Of a stretch of DNA of 14,954 nt, positions 9,471 through 14,954 are shown piece by piece. Both the position numbers and the translations under genes were made by a program. This DNA is from Octopus sinensis. Lineage: Eukaryota. The stretch spans positions 1-14,954 of the forward strand of contig NW_021825668.1 of the NCBI RefSeq assembly GCF_006345805.1, read 5' to 3'. Positions within the stretch are counted from its first letter, which is position 1. Each line of letters begins with the position of its first letter. The notes beneath the pieces are model-generated. The model saw nothing but the letters and a program-made list of their open reading frames with translations. It did not search any database and was not told where the DNA came from.

Positions 9471-9497
9471 GACAAGCCGCAAGGGGAGAGGCTACAA
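9471..9497 (+). CDS. Coding microexon 3 (27 nt): (G)QAARGEAT(N)
   Basis: Acceptor tattttccag| at 9470 and donor CAA|GTAAGT at 9498. It is phase 1-1, in frame with both neighbours, and supplies small residues suited to a signal-peptidase site. Confidence 0.82.
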
Positions 9498-9544
9498 GTA
9501 AGTAAGACTACTTTTATGGGGAAAAGGGGTGGGTCTGTGTGTGT

Positions 9545-9664
9545 GTGTGAGTGATGGTTGTAAATGAGATTCACCATCATACAAGCAGTGTATTTCGTTT
9601 CCAACCTTCCATTAAAACATACCTTGTCATGGGAAAGAGCTACCTTACTTGGAAACAGATGGAG
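9545..9664. mobile_element. Internal fragment of an interspersed repeat (probable SINE body)
   Basis: Non-simple sequence (tcaccatcatacaagcagtg...ttacttggaaacag) resembling a cephalopod SINE body from memory; not verifiable here. Confidence 0.4.
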
Positions 9665-9733
9665 GTCTGGGAATCGAAACCACGATCCTATGACCGTGAG
9701 TCCGCTGCCCTAACCACTGGGCCATTGCGCCTC

Positions 9734-9734
<1 letters not shown>
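9665..9734 (-). mobile_element. tRNA-derived SINE head (family D), 5' fragment only
   Basis: Minus strand GGAGGCGCAATGGCCCAGTGGTTAGGGCAGCGG...GGTTTCGATTCCCAGAC is near-identical to the head at 13885-13952. Confidence 0.85.
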
Positions 9735-9766
<32 letters not shown>

Positions 9767-9767
9767 C

Positions 9768-9801
<34 letters not shown>

Positions 9802-9872
9802 ATATATATATATAATATATATAGATAGATAGACATGTATGTTTAGATATGTATGTTTAGATATGTATATAT

Positions 9873-9908
<36 letters not shown>

Positions 9909-9985
9909 GATAGATAGACATGTATGTTTAGATCTGTATGTTTAGATATGTATGTATATATATATATATATATTATATATAAATA
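9735..9985. repeat. (CA)n/(TA)n microsatellite with duplicated agatagatagacatgtatgtttagat block
   Basis: Direct reading; the block recurs at ~9822 and ~9908. Confidence 0.85.
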
Positions 9986-10367
9986 ATGATAAATATCAAA
10001 GTGAGTTATATACAGTAGCGGTAACACATCGTGACGCATATTTGCCATTTCAATATGGCTACCCCTAAGGGTGGATGCTACTGTAGTTTTTAGCCCCAGG
10101 AGGACACACTCCTCCAGCTGGCCATAGACACACTTTCTGTGCCCTATATATATATATATATATTATATATATATATATACACTCAGACACACACACACTG
10201 ACACATGCACAAACACATACACACACATAATGGCATATACACAGAGACATGCACACACACACACACACACACACACAACTAATTATAGAGTAGGTCAAAT
10301 TTGTTCATTGTTACCATTAATAATCGACCACTTCGTTTAAATATTTCCCCGTTCATCTATCTTGCAG

Positions 10368-10926
10368 ATAAAACCTCCAATGCCACCACGGATGACGGCC
10401 CTAGCAACCTCTTTAACCCTTACAACCCATCCCAACAATATCCGGGTGCCGGCTACTACCCGGGTGCCGGGCAACACCCGGGTGCTGGACCCTCTCCGGA
10501 TTCCAGTTTCCCTATCCTCAACAAAACCCACACACCCACCACACGACAACCACCACCCACTCTCACAATGCTCCCCATCATAGTGTCCAAGGTTCCTCCC
10601 AGCCTCAATTTCCGTTTCCTTTGCCCCCGCATAGCCACCACAGCTACCCAAATCACTTCGCCACCTACCAACCAGGCTCAAGTAACCAAGGTAACCATGG
10701 CTCCCAAGGGCACACTTCACCTTTCCCATTCCCTTTCCCTTTCCCCTTCCAAAAACAACAACAACAGCAGCCACATTTCCCACCCACCCACAACCAATAC
10801 CCTTATTACTCCCAATACCCCCACTACCCACACTATCCCCAATACTATTATCCCCATTATCCCTATTATCACCACTACCCATACTACCCCTACTATCATC
10901 ACTACCCTTATAACCAGCACTACTAA
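10368..10926 (+). CDS. Coding exon 4: secreted Pro/Tyr/His/Gln-rich low-complexity protein; 1-nt frame change near 10499-10501
   Basis: Acceptor ctatcttgcag| at 10367 in phase 1 gives KTSNATTDDG..(PGAG)x3..PSP. The frame from 10501 gives FQFPYPQQNPH..FPFPFPFPF..YPHYPHYPQYYY..HY* (TAA 10924-10926). Third-position variation supports each frame in its own segment. Confidence 0.75.
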
Positions 10927-11183
10927 ACAAACCCTCACCCTCAAAACCCCTTTTTTCCTCCCCCATCCCACCCCTCTACTGACCTCCTAGTAAACACCCC
11001 CTACGCTACCCAACACCACCTTCTCCCTTCTGTCTCTTTTTTTTTTTTTTAGCTCCTCTCCATTCTAGACCTCCGGGGGGGGGGCCTCGGCCCCTCGCCC
11101 CCTCCTAAGCAGATCCTTGCCACTTCTCCTGTGCCAGGATCACTCCTGCCTCCATCATGCCACTGCCTCTACCATCATGGCAG

Positions 11184-11184
<1 letters not shown>

Positions 11185-11223
<39 letters not shown>
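11185..11223 (+). repeat. (CAG)10(TAG)3 triplet repeat
   Basis: Direct count. Confidence 0.95.
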
Positions 11224-11484
11224 ACATTCGTACCGCTCCCTTTATTTTCTGACCTTCCTCCACCCCACCCCCTCCACCTACCACCCAAACCAATCTTTAT
11301 TACCTAAACCACCCGACCCCTGACCCCTGACCTCTGTGCCCTCTACCCTATTGACCTCTTCCTTAAACCAAACTTACCAAGTAGACCAATATGATGCAAT
11401 TCCACCATGTAGACTAACAGAACTATGAACCTTGTACTTAGTTCGTGTTACCATTACTTTCGTCCCATCTTACCAGTAAGTATT

Positions 11485-12930
11485 AGTATTGTTGTAATTG
11501 TTGTTGTTGTAATTGTTGTTGTTACTATTGACTAAGAGAGCAGAGTGACGGTGGGGTACAAATACACAAAGGTCTCTGAATAAAGGTTGTTTAACCCTTT
11601 TAGTGTTCGCATTATTCTGCTAAAATTCTTCATCCACATTGTTTTGAAATAATCCTGCATTAATCTTGTAGCTATGAGATTTTGATGAGGTAGCTGTTAA
11701 TTTTTAAAACGATATTGTAGGGTTGGTGTGAGAGACCAGATCTGGTCAGTTTGATCATAAAACAGGCAGAATATTTTTGGCCGGATATGGCCGGTTTCAA
11801 TGCTAAAGGGTTAAGGATGTTGAACGAACCCCTCATGTTACTAAAGGTGAATTATTCGAAACCCCAAAGAATCCCTCTCAACACACGGCTATGATGCTCC
11901 CCCACTACTTCTGCTCCTGATCAGAGGTGCACATATCGTCAACCACTAAGGGACATGGTAAACTGGTTACGGTCAAACAACTGACAAACAAATCTGTGGT
12001 ATTGAGCAGAATATTTGCTGTAGCCCATCTTTTATACCAAGACAAAACAATGTACATGATAACACTTCCAATCAGTTAAGATCAGTAGCCATGAGAGCCA
12101 CTGCCTGGTACTGCATCAGGGCATTAGCAAATCTGTGGTATCGAGCAAAATATTTGCTGTAGCCCATCTTTTATACCAAGACAAAACAATGTACATGATA
12201 ACACTTCCAATCAGTTAAGATCAGAAGCCATGAGAGCCACTGCCTGGTACTGCATCAAGGCATGAATCCGTGAATAAAGGTTGTTTAAGGATGTTGAACA
12301 AACCACCCATGTTTCCAAAGGTGAATTATCCAAATCCCCAAAGAATCCCTCTCAACACATGGCTATGATGCTCCCCCACTACTTCTGCTCATGATCAGAG
12401 ATGCACATATCATCAGCCACTAAGGGACATGCTCAATTGGTTATGGTCAAACAACTGGCAAGCAAATCTGTGGTATTGAGCAGAATATTTGCTGTAGCCC
12501 ATCTTTTATACCAAGACAAAACAATGTACATGATAACACTTCCAATCAGTTAAGATCAGAAGCCATGAGAGCCACTGCCTGGTACTGCATCAGGGCATGG
12601 ATCCATGAATAAAAGTTGTTTAAGGATGTTGAACAAACCACCCATGTTTCCAAAGGTGAATTATCCAAATCCCCAAAGAATCCCTCTCAACACATGGTTA
12701 TGATGCTCCCCCACTACTTCTGCTCATGATCAGAGATGCACATATCATCAGCCACTAAGGGACATGCTCAACTGGTTAAGGTCAAACAACTGGCAAGCAA
12801 ATCTGTGGTATTGAGCAGAATATTTGCTGTAGCCCATCTTTTATACCAAGACAAAACAATGTACATGATAACACTTCCAATCAGTTAAGATCAGAAGCCA
12901 TGAGAACCACTGCCTGGTACTGCATCAGGG
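11485..12930 (-). mobile_element. Family-C repeat on the minus strand with tandemly amplified 5' part (335-bp unit)
   Basis: Units start at ~11578 (interrupted by a MITE), 12126 (partial, ~140 bp), 12272 and 12607. The internally deleted 3' end and GTT/ATT tail lie at ~11485-11580. Confidence 0.8.
11595..11810. mobile_element. piggyBac-like MITE (216 bp)
   Basis: TTAA at 11591-11594 and 11811-11814, with termini CCCTTTTAG...CTAAAGGG. The empty site tgtttaaggatg is visible in sister units at ~12282 and ~12617. Confidence 0.9.
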
Positions 12931-12934
12931 AAAT

Positions 12935-13066
<132 letters not shown>

Positions 13067-13068
13067 AA

Positions 13069-13585
13069 GGTGGTGAGCTGGCAGAATCTTTAGCATGCTG
13101 GATGAGGATCTTTTCGGCTTGAACGGCAGTCTTTTCTAGCGGTGTCATATGAAATTGTCACCCATAATTATGACCCTAGTATCGATCTATTGCATTTCAA
13201 TCTATTTTAGGGTTAGGGTTAGGGGTGGAGGAAGGATATTTTTTTTCTTCAGAAATGTAAATAAACCCAATCTGTTTCTTAAACAAGGGACATATTCATA
13301 CGGCACAGAATGTTTTCACCTCATTGATTGGTTGAAATTGCAGAAATTGAAGAAAAAAAACCAACAAATATCTTACAAACTATAGAATTTTCTCAATAAA
13401 GCCAAAAGAAAAAGATGTTTTATAAACACATTCTACCAGTATACAAAGTTTAAAATTTTTTAGTTACGTGGAAATTATTTTAAAAAACTGCCGGTCAAAC
13501 CAAAAAGATCCCCGGATGAAATACTTAGTGGTATTTCACCCATCACTTCAGGCCTTGTGCCTTTAACAGAAAGGATTGTTGTTGC
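13069..13585 (+). mobile_element. Family-A SINE, internally deleted and split by a DNA transposon
   Basis: Head ggtggtgagctggcagaatc (13069-13103) resumes at 13518 (gaaatacttagtggtatttc) and ends ttcaggccttgtgcc..aaaggattgttgtt. Confidence 0.8.
13104..13513. mobile_element. Non-autonomous DNA transposon, Sola2-like (410 bp), with internal (TTAGGG)3
   Basis: ~30-bp TIRs (gaggatcttttcggcttgaacggcagt versus ggggatctttttggtttgaccggcagt) and a 4-bp TSD GGAT (13100-13103, 13514-13517). The superfamily is inferred from GRG termini plus the 4-bp TSD. Confidence 0.8.
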
Positions 13586-13952
13586 TGTTTTGTTTGTTTG
13601 TTGAGCGAAGCAGTCTTCATCCCGTCTGTAGTGGGAGAAGTCCGAAACGTGGTCCTTTGCTATTCGTAAAATCTGCAGAAGAGAAAGCAGGTCAACCCCT
13701 GACACCGAGAGCATCGACGGATGGATGAATGCGCATCAAGGCTCAGCGGTTGCGTAGGAAGTCGGGGACAAGAAACAGGAAGAAAGAGTGAGAGAAAGAG
13801 TACAACAGGGGTCGCCACGACCCCCTGCCGGAGCCTCGTGGAGCTTTAGGTGTTTTCACTCAATAAACACACACAACGCCCGGTCTGGGAATCGAAACCG
13901 CAATCCTCCGACCGCGAGTCCGCTGCCCTAACCACTGGGCCATTGTGCCTCC
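13577..13952 (-). mobile_element. Full-length family-D tRNA-derived SINE
   Basis: Head with A box TGGCCCAGTGG and B box GGTTTCGATTCCC at 13952-13885, followed by the body and an (AAC)n-like tail at 13577-13602. Confidence 0.88.
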
Positions 13953-13954
13953 AC

Positions 13955-14406
13955 TGCTGTTTCTGTTTCAGTTGCTGTTGAGCGAACGGTCTTCGTCCCA
14001 GAGTGGGAGAAGTCTGAAACATGGTCCTTTGCTATTCGTAAGACCCGCAGAAGAGACAGCAGGTCAACACCCCGACACCGAGGGGCATCGACGGATGGAT
14101 GAATCCGCATCCAGGCTCAACGGTTGCGTTTGTTGAGCGAAGCTGTCTTCGTCCCAGAGCTTGCAAGTAGTGGGAGAAGCCCGAAACCTGGTCCTTTGCT
14201 ATTCGTAAGACCCGCAGAAGAGACAGCAGGTCAACCGCCCCCCCCCCCCCCCCCCCCCCCCCCCCCGACACCGAGATGGATGAATGCGCGTCCAGGCTCA
14301 GCGGTTGCGTAGGAAGTCGGGGTGTTGTTGTTGCTGTCGTTGTTGTTGTTGTCGTTGTTGTTGTTGTTTGTTGTTGTTGTCGTCGTTGTTATTGTTGTTG
14401 TTGTTA
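13955..14406 (-). mobile_element. Two further 5'-truncated family-D copies in tandem
   Basis: 13973-14128 and 14130-14322 repeat gttgagcgaa..gtgggagaag..ggtcctttgctattcgtaa..ggatgaat..ggttgcgt. The second has an expanded C-run (~14238-14265), and a (GTT)n tract follows. Confidence 0.85.
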
Positions 14407-14849
14407 TTTTTCCCCCACTAGGTTCTACACAGTCGGTTTGAAACAGAGCTACCATCTTATGCAGCGAACGACGTTGGACGAAATTATTTTTTCAAAGCTT
14501 TCGACGCAGAAGAAATAAAAAAGAAAAAGGCAAAAAGAAAACGGAAAAAAAAACAACAACAAGAAAAGGAAAAACGAAAAGAAAGAAGGGAAAATACGAA
14601 GTTGACAGGAAAAAAAAGGAGAAAAAAAAAGGAAGAAAAAGAAGCAAACAAACACCTTTACATTCATTTGATGTCTCCTTCTATTTTTGTTTTTTCTTCG
14701 TCTTCTTCTTCTTCTTCTTCGCTGAAGGAAAAAGAAGAAAACGCAAAGTGATGAAATGTAAAAGAAAGATTGAAAAAATAAAATGAATTCAGATGCATCA
14801 ATAGACAAATATTTATGGGTTGTTGTTTTAATTCTTGTTGCTGCTTCTT

Positions 14850-14954
14850 CCCCCATCTTCTTCTTCTTCTTCTTCTTCCACTTCTTCTTCTTTTTCTTCT
14901 TCTTCTTCTCTTTCTTCTTCTTCTTTTTCTTCTTCTTCTTCTTCTTCCACTTCT
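14850..14954. repeat. (CTT)n microsatellite
   Basis: Direct reading. Confidence 0.95.

Noticed and set aside
1560-9921. Dozens of ORFs rich in YI, CV, HT, poly-I, poly-N, poly-L or poly-M
   Set aside because: They are translations of (TA)n, (TG)n, (ATT)n and (ATG)n tracts, which lack stops in some frames; there is no splice or compositional support.
10301-10367. N-terminal part of the 229-aa ORF (MFIVTINNRPLRLNISPFIYLA)
   Set aside because: Intronic: it contains the pyrimidine tract and the AG acceptor at 10367, and the start is a TTG.
10446-10506. Small intron that might repair the frame change (GT at 10446, 10464 or 10482 to AG at 10506)
   Set aside because: The donors are weak (GTGCCG/GTGCTG), the lengths are 25-61 nt, and all give the third frame rather than the Tyr/His frame.
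10337-10971. Minus-strand Gly/Val-rich ORFs (209, 71 and 84 aa)
   Set aside because: Antisense shadows of the C/A-rich + strand exon; the splice signals and signal peptide are on +.
13622-13655. ctgtagt-ggga-gaag-tcc-gaaacgt hammerhead-like string in family-D SINE
   Set aside because: The core has two invariant positions wrong and the motif is not preserved in the sister copies at ~14010 and ~14170.
13885-13952. tRNA gene (also 9665-9734, 85-175, 6054-6120)
   Set aside because: A and B boxes are present, but the heads run into SINE bodies with no acceptor-stem closure or T-run terminator; they are SINE heads.
13475-14312. Repeated peptide GVDLLSLLRVLRIAKDHVSDFSH in three ORFs
   Set aside because: The recurrence is explained by three copies of the same SINE segment; no common start, splice sites or long ORF.
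14449-14856. 135-aa minus-strand ORF rich in F and R
   Set aside because: Translation of A/G-rich and (CTT)n low-complexity sequence; no supporting signals.

Overview
AT-rich, microsatellite- and transposon-dense animal genomic DNA. The SINE families resemble ones I recall from octopus/cephalopod genomes; this is an inference, not a search result. Almost all ORFs in the track are microsatellite or repeat artefacts. I can assemble one spliced + strand gene by eye. It has a TATA promoter (1592), a non-coding exon 1 (~1622-1750), exon 2 with the ATG and signal peptide (8666-8726), a 27-nt microexon (9471-9497) and a large exon 4 (from 10368). It encodes a secreted low-complexity Pro/Tyr/His/Gln protein of about 210 aa that I do not recognise, ending in a Tyr-Pro-His block. 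As assembled, exon 4 needs a 1-nt frame change near 10499-10501. Introns and flanks contain tandemly amplified SINEs of several families, Tc1/mariner-, piggyBac- and Sola2-like MITEs and a non-autonomous Helitron. They also hold three hammerhead-ribozyme-like motifs of the Penelope-like-element type, one of them inside a 46-bp inverted repeat.
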